Shown here: positions 1 to 8,915 of the stretch, piece after piece
How positions within the stretch are numbered: the first letter of the stretch is position 1
Layout: each line of letters opens with the position of its first letter
NCBI GenBank assembly: GCA_005880875.1
Contig: VBJI01000076.1
Location: 1-53,697, forward strand
Direction: 5' to 3'
Source: Chloroflexota bacterium
GTDB taxonomy: Bacteria > Chloroflexota > Dormibacteria > CF-121
DNA length: 53,697 bases
Notes under the pieces: model-generated
Databases searched by the model: none
What the model saw: the letters and a program-made list of their open reading frames with translations, nothing else
Told to the model about the DNA's origin: nothing
Made by a program: the position numbers and the translations under genes

Positions 1-2
1 AA

Positions 3-524
3 TTGCGTAATGGCCTGCTGGAGGGACAGACCCGGCATCCCCGCCTTCGAGAGCTGGAACACGAGTGCGATGACGTGACCCACGAGCTCTACAACCTGAT
101 CAACCAGACGTTCGTCACGCCGTTCGAGCGGGAAGACATCTATGACCTTGCCTCATCCCTCGACGAGGTCGTCGACCTTGCCGAGGAAGTGTCCGACAAG
201 ATCGATCTCTACCGGGTTCAGGAGATCACCCCTGCAGCTCGCCGAATGGGTGAGGCGCTCGCCAGGGCAGGCAAGGAACTCGAACTCGCGGTGGCCGGGC
301 TCGAGGGGTTCAAGGACCTTGCGTCCCATCGCCTGGCGATCCATAGCCTGGAGAACGAGGGCGACCGGATCACGCGAGAGGCACTTGCCCAACTCTTCAC
401 CGACGGCGCCAGTCCGAGCGACCTGGTCAAGTGGAAGGACCTCTACGATCTGCTCGAAACCACCATGGACCAGTGCGAGCATGTCGCCAACGTCCTGGAG
501 GCGACCTCGATCAAGAATGCCTGA
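3..524 (+). CDS. DUF47/PhoU-like phosphate-transport accessory protein (Pit-associated); probably 5'-truncated by the window edge
   Basis: The translation (...TPFEREDIYDLASSLDEVVDLAEEVSDKIDLY...WKDLYDLLETTMDQCEHVAN) resembles the YkaA/DUF47 family that precedes PiT genes. The stop TGA at 522-524 overlaps the downstream ATG at 517. At 173 aa it is shorter than I expect for the family. Confidence 0.75.
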   Translation: MRNGLLEGQTRHPRLRELEHECDDVTHELYNLINQTFVTPFEREDIYDLASSLDEVVDLAEEVSDKIDLYRVQEITPAARRMGEALARAGKELELAVAGLEGFKDLASHRLAIHSLENEGDRITREALAQLFTDGASPSDLVKWKDLYDLLETTMDQCEHVANVLEATSIKNA

Positions 525-1527
525 GCAGCTCTTGCTGCTTGTCACCATCCTGATCGCGGTCGGCTTCGACTTCACGAACGGTTTTCACGACACGGCCAAC
601 GCCATCGCAACCTCAGTGTCAACCCGTGCTGTGTCGCCTCGACTGGCAGTGCTGATCGCGTCGGTGCTCAACCTGGCAGGTGCCGTGATCACCGTGGTGT
701 TCTTCCAGGCCAAGGTCTCGAACACGATTGGGAAGATCGTGTCGTTCAAGGCCGGCCTGGTGGTCATCATTGCCGCCCTGCTCGGCGCCATTGTTTGGAA
801 CCTCGTCACCTGGTACCTCGGGCTGCCGAGCAGCTCCACGCACGCCCTCGTCGGGGGGCTGAGCGGTGCGGCAATCGCCGCCGCCCATGGCCTGAGCGGT
901 GTGAAAGCTGACGAGTTTTGGAAGACCGTCCTGTCGCTTGTGATTTCGCCGCCGGTCGGCTTGCTGGTGGCCGCCATCTTGATGACGGCGCTCTTGATCT
1001 TTCTGCACGGCGCCCGACCGGCACCGCTGAATCGGACGTTTCGTAGCCTGCAGATCCTGACCGGCGCCCTTGTCTCGTACTCGCACGGCGCGAACGACGC
1101 GCAAAAGACGATGGCCGTCATGACGCTGGCGCTGGTGGCAACGGGCCACCTCACGACGTTCCAGGTCCCCGTGTGGGTGGTGTTGCTCTCGGCGTCGGCC
1201 ATCGCCTTCGGGACTTACGCTGGAGGCTGGCGGATCATCCGGACGCTCGGCTGGCGTATCTACAAGCTGGATCCGGCAACTGGAATGGCCGCCCAACTGA
1301 CGGGAGCCGCCGTGATCCAGTTCGCGACCCAGTTCGGTTTGCCGGTGTCGACCACGCATGTGATCACCGGCTCCGTGATAGGAGCCGGCGCTTCGCAGCG
1401 GCTCTCGGCCTTGCGCTGGGGCGTGGGGGCCAACATCGTCACGGCGTGGGTGCTAACCATTCCGGCAGCGGGCCTGACTGCTTGGGTGGCCTACGCCATC
1501 CTCAGTACGGCCGGCCTTCGTGGCTAG
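517..1527 (+). CDS. pit: Inorganic phosphate transporter, PiT family
   Basis: This uses the in-frame ATG at 517 inside track ORF 142..1527. From there the protein reads MPEQLLLLVTILIAVGFDFTNGFHDTANAIATSV with the PiT GFHDTAN signature, and a second repeat half reads STTHVITGSVIGAG. It is polytopic. The upstream 125 aa of the track ORF are an Arg/Ser-rich overlap with the DUF47 gene. Confidence 0.9.
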   Translation: MPEQLLLLVTILIAVGFDFTNGFHDTANAIATSVSTRAVSPRLAVLIASVLNLAGAVITVVFFQAKVSNTIGKIVSFKAGLVVIIAALLGAIVWNLVTWYLGLPSSSTHALVGGLSGAAIAAAHGLSGVKADEFWKTVLSLVISPPVGLLVAAILMTALLIFLHGARPAPLNRTFRSLQILTGALVSYSHGANDAQKTMAVMTLALVATGHLTTFQVPVWVVLLSASAIAFGTYAGGWRIIRTLGWRIYKLDPATGMAAQLTGAAVIQFATQFGLPVSTTHVITGSVIGAGASQRLSALRWGVGANIVTAWVLTIPAAGLTAWVAYAILSTAGLRG

Positions 1528-1989
1528 CTAGTACGGCGCCGGCAGATATTTCGCGCTCGTCAGGCTGCCATTCTCCTCGTAGAGCACCCAGGTCCCACCC
1601 TTCTCGTTGCGGGCGCCTGTCCTGGCGACAAGCCCTTGCTCGATCAGCCGCGCCAGGAGCTCCTCGACCACGTCGCCGTGGGTGCAGAGGACGAGATTGC
1701 CTCCCTTCGCCGCTTGCAGCAGACGGATCACGCTCTCCGCGCCCGCCCCTTCTTCGAGGTCTTTGCGCGGCTCGATCGGAAGCTTGCGTCGGGCCGCCAG
1801 CGGTTCGACCGTTTGCAGACAGCGGACGTAGGGGCTGGACAGAATCCGATCGATTGGCTCGTTCTTGAGGAGCTCCGTTATTCCCTCGGCCTGCTCCCGG
1901 CCTGATTTTGTCAGTGGCCGTAGCCGGTCATCGCCCTGCCACTCCTCACGGTCACCCGCCTTGGCGTGGCGAACGACGTAGACCGCCAT
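1528..1989 (-). CDS. Histidine phosphatase family protein (SixA-like)
   Basis: The start was moved to the ATG at 1989 (MAVYVVRHAKAGDREEW...). It has the RHA catalytic motif and a second His in LCTHGDVV. Its stop abuts the pit stop with a 0-nt gap (convergent genes). Confidence 0.8.
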   Translation of the reverse strand: MAVYVVRHAKAGDREEWQGDDRLRPLTKSGREQAEGITELLKNEPIDRILSSPYVRCLQTVEPLAARRKLPIEPRKDLEEGAGAESVIRLLQAAKGGNLVLCTHGDVVEELLARLIEQGLVARTGARNEKGGTWVLYEENGSLTSAKYLPAPY

Positions 1990-2000
1990 GCCGAGCGAGC

Positions 2001-2495
2001 TTACGCGGTCGCTTCGAGGTCGAACGCGCGGAGCAGCGCACGATCGTGACGATAGCTGAGCAGGTCGAGGGCGTCGTCGACCGTGACCCATCGAACTTCA
2101 TCGACTTCGCTGCCGGCACGGAAGCGGCCGCCGACGACGTCCATCACCCAGTAACAGGCCACCTTGTCGCGACCCTTGTGGTCGGCATACGCCGTGCAGC
2201 CGAGCGGCGCGATGAGCTTGCAGCGCAGTCCTGTCTCCTCCTCGACCTCGCGCAGCGCGGTCTCCTCGAGGGTCTCGCCGCGGTCGACTTTGCCTTTGGG
2301 GAAGGACCAATCGTCATAGCCTGGACGGTGGACGATCGCCACCCGCATGGCTCCCCGTGACCCGTTGCGCCGGACCACGCCTCCCGCCGCTCTGACAAGC
2401 TTGGCCTCATCGACATTCAAGATCTTTGCTGCCATGGACACCCCTTGCGGTATTTTTTGCTGCGACGATAGGTTGGTTGACGCGGCCTGGCTCAT
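2001..2495 (-). CDS. Nudix hydrolase (MutT1-like Nudix half)
   Basis: It carries the Nudix box GKVDRGETLEETALREVEEETGL. The ATG at 2495 forms an ATGA overlap with the upstream stop at 2492-2494. The alternative starts are GTG 2504 and ATG 2435. Confidence 0.85.
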   Translation of the reverse strand: MSQAASTNLSSQQKIPQGVSMAAKILNVDEAKLVRAAGGVVRRNGSRGAMRVAIVHRPGYDDWSFPKGKVDRGETLEETALREVEEETGLRCKLIAPLGCTAYADHKGRDKVACYWVMDVVGGRFRAGSEVDEVRWVTVDDALDLLSYRHDRALLRAFDLEATA

Positions 2496-3970
2496 ATCAT
2501 CCACCTTCTGAGCCGCTTACGGTCGAGATTTTTCCAGACTTTAGACCATTGGGCACGGTCATGCGCGGCGGCCTCACGTTCCAGGGCGCAGAGCTCGCCG
2601 GCCACGAAGGCTCGCTCACCCTGGCCCGCGTCCCGCAACCAGCGCTGGGCGGTCACGCTGTCCTGGTGGTCGCCCAGCACGTCCTGTAGCGCCGCGGCGG
2701 CGGCCGCGAACCGGGTCGCGGTCTTTCCCAGCACCGGCACCGCGGCCTCGGCGGCATATCGCACGCGCTTGGCGAGGATGCGGACCCGATGCAGCTGCGC
2801 GTCTGCCGGGGCATCAGGCATCCGCGACACGCCTTTCCGCAAGCGCTTCCAGTCACGGCGCGCGAGCGCGGGAACGCCGGTGGCTGCCGGCTGTTGCGCC
2901 TCCCCGATCAGCGCCGGCGTCTTCGAGGCCTCGACCAACCGCTCGACCAAATCGATGTAGCGGTCGGAGCGCATATCGAGCACCAGGCGACCTCGTGCCT
3001 CCTCGCTCTCGGCCCGGAGTTCGTCGGCGAGCTCAGCGACCAGCGGCCCGTCGTCCTCGATCAGTGCCGTGGTGCGGCCGCGCAGCCGCTGGCTCATCAC
3101 CTGCCGGTCGCGCACGCCGCCCAGTCCGGCGCCCAGCCAGCGCAGGTCTTCGCGCAACGCATTGGCCCATTCCTGATCGAGCAAGCCGCGGAAGGTGCGC
3201 AGTTGCGAGCGCAACCGTCGGGTGGCGACCCGGGCGCGATGGACATCCTCGGGATCGTCGCCGAGCCGCACCCCCGGGTCGTGGCGCAGCAGGCTGGCGA
3301 CCGAGACGGCGATCATATGCCGGGCCAGCTCGCCAGCGGTGGAGGTGGGCGAGACCGGGATCGGATCGACTTCAGGGCCGGCGGTAGCGCGCGCGCCAAG
3401 GGCACGCACCAGCTTGGAGGCCTGGTCCTTAACGCCGGCGCCGGCGCCGCGCAGCCGGGCGAGGATCGGTTCGAGCAACCGTTCCGCCGACGGATCGCGC
3501 AGCTCGACCTCGACCTCGCGAAACCGATTCTGCACCCGCAGGCCCTGGATGACCGACACATCGTCGTCGACCACCTCTGCCAGCAGCACGCCCTCGCGGT
3601 TCTTCAACTGCACCCGGCGACGCAACGTCGACAGGCTGGCGACCGGGACGAGCGTCGATCGCCGGACGTAGGCGATCACCAGGGCGACCGCCGCCTCCGG
3701 CGGATGGCCACCGCTTCCGGGAAACTCGAGCTCTCGTCGGGTGAGCGTCGGCCCCTCGCTGGTGGTCGGCAGCTTCAGCGTCCAGCCTTCCCCCTGGCGG
3801 AGCCGCAGGGTGCAGCCCCAGCGAGCCAGGCGCAGGTCCGGCGTGTCGTAATAGACCGTCTCCAGCCGCTGCTCGTCGACCGGCGTGGTCGTGACCGCGG
3901 CGGCGATGTCGTCGAGGTCGGGAAGCCGGAAACCCGGCGTGACCGCGAGCTTGACCTCGCGTTCAAGCAT
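2492..3970 (-). CDS. CYTH domain + CHAD domain protein
   Basis: The N-terminal EREVKLAV (ExExK) is typical of CYTH triphosphate tunnel enzymes. The C-terminal half has helical CHAD-like repeats (DPEDVHRARVATRRLRSQLRTF; LHRVRILAKRVRYAAE). It overlaps the ppk stop by 8 nt. Confidence 0.8.
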   Translation of the reverse strand: MLEREVKLAVTPGFRLPDLDDIAAAVTTTPVDEQRLETVYYDTPDLRLARWGCTLRLRQGEGWTLKLPTTSEGPTLTRRELEFPGSGGHPPEAAVALVIAYVRRSTLVPVASLSTLRRRVQLKNREGVLLAEVVDDDVSVIQGLRVQNRFREVEVELRDPSAERLLEPILARLRGAGAGVKDQASKLVRALGARATAGPEVDPIPVSPTSTAGELARHMIAVSVASLLRHDPGVRLGDDPEDVHRARVATRRLRSQLRTFRGLLDQEWANALREDLRWLGAGLGGVRDRQVMSQRLRGRTTALIEDDGPLVAELADELRAESEEARGRLVLDMRSDRYIDLVERLVEASKTPALIGEAQQPAATGVPALARRDWKRLRKGVSRMPDAPADAQLHRVRILAKRVRYAAEAAVPVLGKTATRFAAAAAALQDVLGDHQDSVTAQRWLRDAGQGERAFVAGELCALEREAAAHDRAQWSKVWKNLDRKRLRRWMI

Positions 3971-6140
3971 CCGGTGCGGAGCCGTTGCCGGCGACGGCCC
4001 TCGCCTGGGCCAGTTGCTCGAAGGCTTGCTGGGCGTTCACGCCCTCGACCGTGGGCACTTTGGCCCAGACGCCGTCATTGTGCAACTCCCAGGCGAGGAC
4101 GTCGTCCTCCAGCTCGATGTCGAGGATCTGGCCCAGGCGCTCCTGGAGGCTCCGATCGACGACTGGCACCATGGCCTCGACTCGACGATCGAGGTTGCGG
4201 GGCATCAAGTCCGACGAACCCAGGTAGTACTCGAGCGCGCCGCCGTTCGGGCCAAAGCGGAAGATCCGCGAGTGCTCGAGGAAACGCCCGACCAGCGAGC
4301 GAACCCGAATGCCTTCAGAGAGCCCCGGGACACCCGGCCGAAGACTGCAGAGCCCCCGGACGATCAGGTCGATCTCGGTTCCGGCCTGCGACGCGGTATA
4401 CAGCGCCTCGACGATTTCCGGATCGACCAGGCTGTTGACTTTCAAGGTGATCCGGCCGCCAGCCGGCCGTGCCGCCTCGCGACGGATCAGCCGGATGATA
4501 TTCGAGCGCAGTCCGACGGGGGCGACCAGCAGCCGACCGAAGCGGCGCTGCCGGCTGTAGCCCGTCAGGAAGTTGAACAGCTCGGCGACATCGGAGCCCA
4601 GCTCCGGGTCCGCCGACAATAACCCGACGTCCTCGTAGATCTGCGCCGTCTGGGGATTGTAGTTGCCGGTGCCGACGTGAACGTAGCGCCGGATTCCATC
4701 GGCCTCCCGGCGCACTACCAGCGTAACTTTCGCATGCGTCTTGAGCCCGACCACGCCGTACACGACGTGGACGCCGACCTGTTCCAGGGCCTGGGCCCAG
4801 ACGATGTTGGCCCGTTCGTCTCCGCGCGCCTTTAATTCGACCAGCGCTACCACCTGTTTGCCACTCTCCGCCGCCCGGATCAGAGCCCGAACGATGGGGC
4901 TCACCGGGCCGGAGGTGCGATAGAGCGTCTGCTTGATGGCCAGCACCTCCGGGTCCTGGGCGGCCTGGTCGACGAAGGCTTCCGCGGAGGTAGCGAAGGA
5001 GTCATACGGATGATGGACGAGGACGTCTCCCTCAGCGAGGATCTCGAAGATGTTGGCTGGCGCGGAGCCGACGCCCTGCAGGCGACGTTGGGTCACCGGC
5101 GTCCATGGCTCGGCCTTGAGATCCGGCCGATCCAGCGCGTAAATCGCCCAAAGGCTCGAGAGGTCGAGGAGACCATCGGCCCGGTACACGTCGGTGGACT
5201 CGAGCTCGAGCTCGCGGACGAGCAAATCGAGAACCGCCTCCGACATCGCCGCATCGACCTCGAGCCGGACGACCTGGGCTCGGCGTTGCTGGCGGCGAAG
5301 CTCACTCTGAATCGCGGCGAGCAAGTCCGCGGCCTCTTCATCGACCAGGTCGAGGTCGGCGTCCCGCGTGACTCGGAAGGGGTGCTGGCTGACGATCTCC
5401 ATTCCGAGAAACAGCTCGTCGAGATGGAGCGCGATCACCTGTTCGAGGGGGATGAAGCGCTTGCCGTCCGCAAGCGGGATGAAACGAGGCAGCAGAGGGG
5501 GGACCTTGACGCGGGCGAAGCGCATGTCGCGCCGAACCGGATCGCGGACCATGACGGCGAGGTTGAGCGACAGGTGCGAGATGTAGGGAAACGGATGCGC
5601 CGGATCGACCGCGAGCGGCGTGAGCACCGGAAAGATACGGGCATCGAATTCCGCGGCCAAGAAGGCGCGATCGGCATCGTCGAGATGGTCGATGGTCAGA
5701 ATGCAGACACCGTGCTGCTCGAGGGCCGGCGCAATCTGACGCATGAATAAGGAGGTGCTCCGCTCCAGCAGCCTGGCGGCCCGCTGATGAATCGCGACCA
5801 GTTGCTCGCCGGTGGTCATCCCATCGGGCGAGGTCTGCGGCAGCGCGGCGTGCACCTGCTCCTTCAGGCCGGCGACGCGGACCTGGAAGAACTGGTCGAC
5901 CGTCTCGCCCAGGATGGCAAGGAAGCGCACCCGCTCCAGCAGCGGGAGCGAGGCATCGTCGGCCATCGCCAGCACCCGGTCGACGAAGTCCAGCTGCGAG
6001 AGCTCACGGTTGAGGTAACGCGGCTGGGATGGCGTCGCGTGGACTTGTGGTGGCCGCACGGGCGCGATTTGGTCTCCGAGTGATGGGAGCGAGCCCATGG
6101 CAGCCGTCGATCTACCGAAATGGGTTGGTGATTCCCCCAC
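3963..6140 (-). CDS. ppk: Polyphosphate kinase 1
   Basis: The translation has YLNRELSQLDFVDRVLAMADDASLPLLERVRFLAILGETVDQFF and PLD-like C-terminal halves (VGTGNYN..., SSDLMPRNLDRRVE). The track start at 6140 is GTG; the ATG at 6098 is an alternative. Confidence 0.93.
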   Translation of the reverse strand: MGESPTHFGRSTAAMGSLPSLGDQIAPVRPPQVHATPSQPRYLNRELSQLDFVDRVLAMADDASLPLLERVRFLAILGETVDQFFQVRVAGLKEQVHAALPQTSPDGMTTGEQLVAIHQRAARLLERSTSLFMRQIAPALEQHGVCILTIDHLDDADRAFLAAEFDARIFPVLTPLAVDPAHPFPYISHLSLNLAVMVRDPVRRDMRFARVKVPPLLPRFIPLADGKRFIPLEQVIALHLDELFLGMEIVSQHPFRVTRDADLDLVDEEAADLLAAIQSELRRQQRRAQVVRLEVDAAMSEAVLDLLVRELELESTDVYRADGLLDLSSLWAIYALDRPDLKAEPWTPVTQRRLQGVGSAPANIFEILAEGDVLVHHPYDSFATSAEAFVDQAAQDPEVLAIKQTLYRTSGPVSPIVRALIRAAESGKQVVALVELKARGDERANIVWAQALEQVGVHVVYGVVGLKTHAKVTLVVRREADGIRRYVHVGTGNYNPQTAQIYEDVGLLSADPELGSDVAELFNFLTGYSRQRRFGRLLVAPVGLRSNIIRLIRREAARPAGGRITLKVNSLVDPEIVEALYTASQAGTEIDLIVRGLCSLRPGVPGLSEGIRVRSLVGRFLEHSRIFRFGPNGGALEYYLGSSDLMPRNLDRRVEAMVPVVDRSLQERLGQILDIELEDDVLAWELHNDGVWAKVPTVEGVNAQQAFEQLAQARAVAGNGSAPDA

Positions 6141-6176
6141 CGGACAAGTATAGGAAGGGTTGGAGTGACGGTTGGC

Positions 6177-6728
6177 TTACGGCCGCCGGATGATGCGATA
6201 GAGGACGTGCGGTCGGATCGGGTGGCCTGCCGGCACCGCCGGGTGCTCGAAATCGCCGGCGGGGTCGCGCGTCATCCCGATCCGCTGCATCACTCGCTGG
6301 GAGCGGAGATTGCCGACGTTGGTGAAGGACACGATTTCGTCGAGGCCGGCATGCTGGAAACCGAAGTCGAGCGCAGCCCGCGCCGCCTCGGTGGCATAGC
6401 CATGACCCCAATGCGCCCGGCTCAACCGCCATCCCACCTCGACCGCCGGGGTGAAGGGCGCCTCGAACACCGCCTCGTGGAGGCCGACGAAGCCGACGAA
6501 AGCCGCGATGCCCGGCACCTCGACCGCCCAGAGGCCGAAGCCGCGGCGCTCGAATTCTTGCTCGATCCGGCGCATGAAGGCAGCGCTGTCGGCCCGGGTG
6601 CGCACTCCGTGGAAGAAATGCTCCATCACGACCGGGTCGGCATTGATCGCCGCGAACGGATCGAGATCGGCGTCTCGCCAGCGGCGCAGCAGGAGCCGCT
6701 CCGTACCGAGTTCAGGTTGGCGAGTCAT
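6177..6728 (-). CDS. GNAT family N-acetyltransferase (RimJ/RimL-like)
   Basis: TERLLLRRWRDADLDPFAAINADPVVMEHF and HWGHGYATEAARAALDFGF are typical of the Acetyltransf_3 type. Confidence 0.8.
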   Translation of the reverse strand: MTRQPELGTERLLLRRWRDADLDPFAAINADPVVMEHFFHGVRTRADSAAFMRRIEQEFERRGFGLWAVEVPGIAAFVGFVGLHEAVFEAPFTPAVEVGWRLSRAHWGHGYATEAARAALDFGFQHAGLDEIVSFTNVGNLRSQRVMQRIGMTRDPAGDFEHPAVPAGHPIRPHVLYRIIRRP

Positions 6729-6740
6729 TCCCTGATCAGG

Positions 6741-7973
6741 CTAGCGAGCTCGGAAAAATCGCTGTACGCCGAGCAACAGCAGCAGCCCGCCTGCGATCAG
6801 GGAAAGGACCACCGTCTCACGCCCGAAACCCGTTTCGGTTGAAGGCACATTGCCGTTCGGGTCGAACCGCCAGGCTGACTTTCCGGCGAGGAGCAAGACC
6901 TGCCCGTTGGCCATGTTGCTCAGCGTTGGCGCGGTCTGCCACGAGGGCGGACGCGTAATGCGCGACCAGTAGTCGGCGCCGACGTCGTACGCGATCGCTT
7001 GCGGCAACGGTTGGGTGAGTATCAACAAGCGATGATCGGCCATCGGGGCGACAGCAGCAAACGGCTCAGGGCTGACGCTGGAACTCGGTGGTGAGCCAAG
7101 ACTCCACGACTTCGAACCGACGTCGAAGATCTCAGCGTCGAGGCCGGCGTTGAGCGCGAATCCGCCACCGAAGACCGTGGACGCCGTCCCGCCCATGAGG
7201 ACGACTTTGCCTCCAATAAGCGTGGCAGCATGTTGCTCGCGAGCCTGCGGCAATGGGGCGACCACCGTCCAGGATGTGGTCGCCGGGTCAAAGACCTCGG
7301 CACTCGCGAGTGGGCTGCCGTCTCCCTCGCCGCCCGCCACGAGCACGGTCCCGTCTGGTAGCCGCGTGGCCGACGCAAAGAGCCGCCCGGTGTGCATCGA
7401 TTTGATCGATCGCCAGTCTTGTTTCGCGGGATCGAAGATCCAGGCGCTCGATAGTCCGCTCGGTCGTGGGGAGTCATTGGGCCAGGCGCTGGCGCCACCA
7501 CCGACCAGCACGGTCCCGTCCTTCAGGAGCGTCGCGAATGGGGCCGCGATTGGGACGGGCAAATCCGGCGTGCGACTCCAACGATCGGCCGCCGGATCGT
7601 AGAGGTAGGCTCGTGGGACCGCCCGCTCCTGACCATCGACACCGCCGACCACAAGGACATCATCGTTGGGCAAGATGACGATGCCCGAGTCGGAGAGAGC
7701 CTCGGGCTCCGGCGCCCGAAGATGCCAGGTTCCACTCGCGAATTCCTCGACTGTAGAAAGAGGAGGGCGAAGGGCCCCCGGGAAACTTCCTGATACCACG
7801 CTCTGCCCGGCCAGCACCAGAACGCTACCGTGTCCGAGGGCGAGCACCGCCGGATTGACCAGCCCAACCGGGGGTTGAGGCAATGGCAGCCACGCTCCCG
7901 GTGGGGGCGCCAACGACGGCGAACAGGCGGCAAGGAAGACGGCGACAATGCCAGCCACATGAAGCCTCGACAC
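6741..7973 (-). CDS. Kelch/beta-propeller repeat lipoprotein with C-terminal TM anchor
   Basis: It starts at a GTG. The signal peptide ends in the lipobox FLAAC. There are repeated DGTVLVAGG / GKVVLMGG / DDVLVVGG blades. The C-terminal LSLIAGGLLLLLGVQRFFRAR is hydrophobic. The start abuts the upstream permease stop (7973/7974). Confidence 0.7.
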   Translation of the reverse strand: MSRLHVAGIVAVFLAACSPSLAPPPGAWLPLPQPPVGLVNPAVLALGHGSVLVLAGQSVVSGSFPGALRPPLSTVEEFASGTWHLRAPEPEALSDSGIVILPNDDVLVVGGVDGQERAVPRAYLYDPAADRWSRTPDLPVPIAAPFATLLKDGTVLVGGGASAWPNDSPRPSGLSSAWIFDPAKQDWRSIKSMHTGRLFASATRLPDGTVLVAGGEGDGSPLASAEVFDPATTSWTVVAPLPQAREQHAATLIGGKVVLMGGTASTVFGGGFALNAGLDAEIFDVGSKSWSLGSPPSSSVSPEPFAAVAPMADHRLLILTQPLPQAIAYDVGADYWSRITRPPSWQTAPTLSNMANGQVLLLAGKSAWRFDPNGNVPSTETGFGRETVVLSLIAGGLLLLLGVQRFFRAR

Positions 7974-8915
7974 CTAACCACCCAGCCGAGCGCGACCCCG
8001 CACGGCGGTCCCGATGAGCTCGAACCCCAGGGCGATGACGGCAATCGCCAACGCGGGCACGATCGCCGGCCAGAATTGACCCGCCAGGACGTAGTCGCGC
8101 GTCAGCGAGAGCAACTGACCCAGTTCGGGTTTGGTGATCACGACCGTCGCGGGACCGCCATAGTTTTCCAGGGCGATCGTCGTGCCCAGGAAGACCTGGA
8201 TGTAGCCGAGTTCCGCAAGCAGCACCAGCACCGCGCTCACCTGGAACGGGACCTCCACCCCGATCGCCGGCCTAAGAAATGGAATCACATGCAAGCGGAA
8301 GAATCGAATCCCATCGGTTCCCAGTGCGCGGGCCGCCACGGCAAACGACTGACTGCGCACATGCTCGACGCGCTCGGCCACCAGCTCCGCGATGTCTCGC
8401 CACCCCACGAGCGCCATGCCAATCACGAAAGCGAGCGGCCTGCCTTTGGGGGTAAACCCCTGGATCGCCACCGCCGCGAGGGCCAGATAAGGAAATCCGA
8501 TGACGACGCCGCCGACCGCCCGCGCCGCCTCTCGGGCGATCGCCGAGCCGAGGCCCATGGCCATCCCGACCACGGTGCCCACCGCAAAGCGGACGATCAC
8601 CACCGCGCCGACGAGCTCGAGCGACGGAATCGCTGCCCGAGCGACGAGGGCCAGCAGATCGCGCCCACCACCATCGGAACCGAGCACATAGAAGTGCTGG
8701 GCGTGGGCCGAGAGGTCGACATTGAAGACATGAAGGTTGCTGAGCGGAGGAAATGGCGGCAGGATAATGGCGTTCGATGTGTGGCCGCCGGCCCATATAT
8801 CGTTGGTCCAGTAGGGCGCCTCCTGCAGGCCAGCCAGGATCAGCGCCGACATCAAGCCGAGCACGGCGAGGCCCGCGGCGAGCAGCATCGCGCCGCTGGC
8901 GATGGGTAGCCTCAT
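7974..8915 (-). CDS. ABC transporter permease (DppC/OppC-like)
   Basis: It has a GSDGGGRDLLALV motif and an EAA loop (FAVAARALGTDGIRFFRLHVIPFLRP), with six predicted TM segments. Confidence 0.85.
   Translation of the reverse strand: MRLPIASGAMLLAAGLAVLGLMSALILAGLQEAPYWTNDIWAGGHTSNAIILPPFPPLSNLHVFNVDLSAHAQHFYVLGSDGGGRDLLALVARAAIPSLELVGAVVIVRFAVGTVVGMAMGLGSAIAREAARAVGGVVIGFPYLALAAVAIQGFTPKGRPLAFVIGMALVGWRDIAELVAERVEHVRSQSFAVAARALGTDGIRFFRLHVIPFLRPAIGVEVPFQVSAVLVLLAELGYIQVFLGTTIALENYGGPATVVITKPELGQLLSLTRDYVLAGQFWPAIVPALAIAVIALGFELIGTAVRGRARLGG

Noticed and set aside
142-516. A 125-aa N-terminal extension of the PiT ORF, with analogous upstream extensions of the ORFs at 33033..34130, 33827..34720, 39578.., 41233.., 50137.., 48905.. 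and 1528..2091
   Set aside because: The extensions overlap the preceding gene and are compositionally junk. Internal starts coincide with SD sequences or with ATGA/GTGA/TGATG coupling junctions and with the expected family N-termini.
2789-4438. A 549-aa plus-strand ORF, with similar long ORFs at 15382..16917 (+), 20203..21348 (-), 30921..32060 (+), 39977..40897 (-), 47000..48295 (+), 49301..50287 (-), 52022..53065 (+) and 51648..52466 (-)
   Set aside because: All lie antisense to, or out of frame with, genes that have clear family signatures. Their translations are Arg/Pro/Gly/Ala-rich low-complexity strings typical of shadow ORFs in high-GC DNA.
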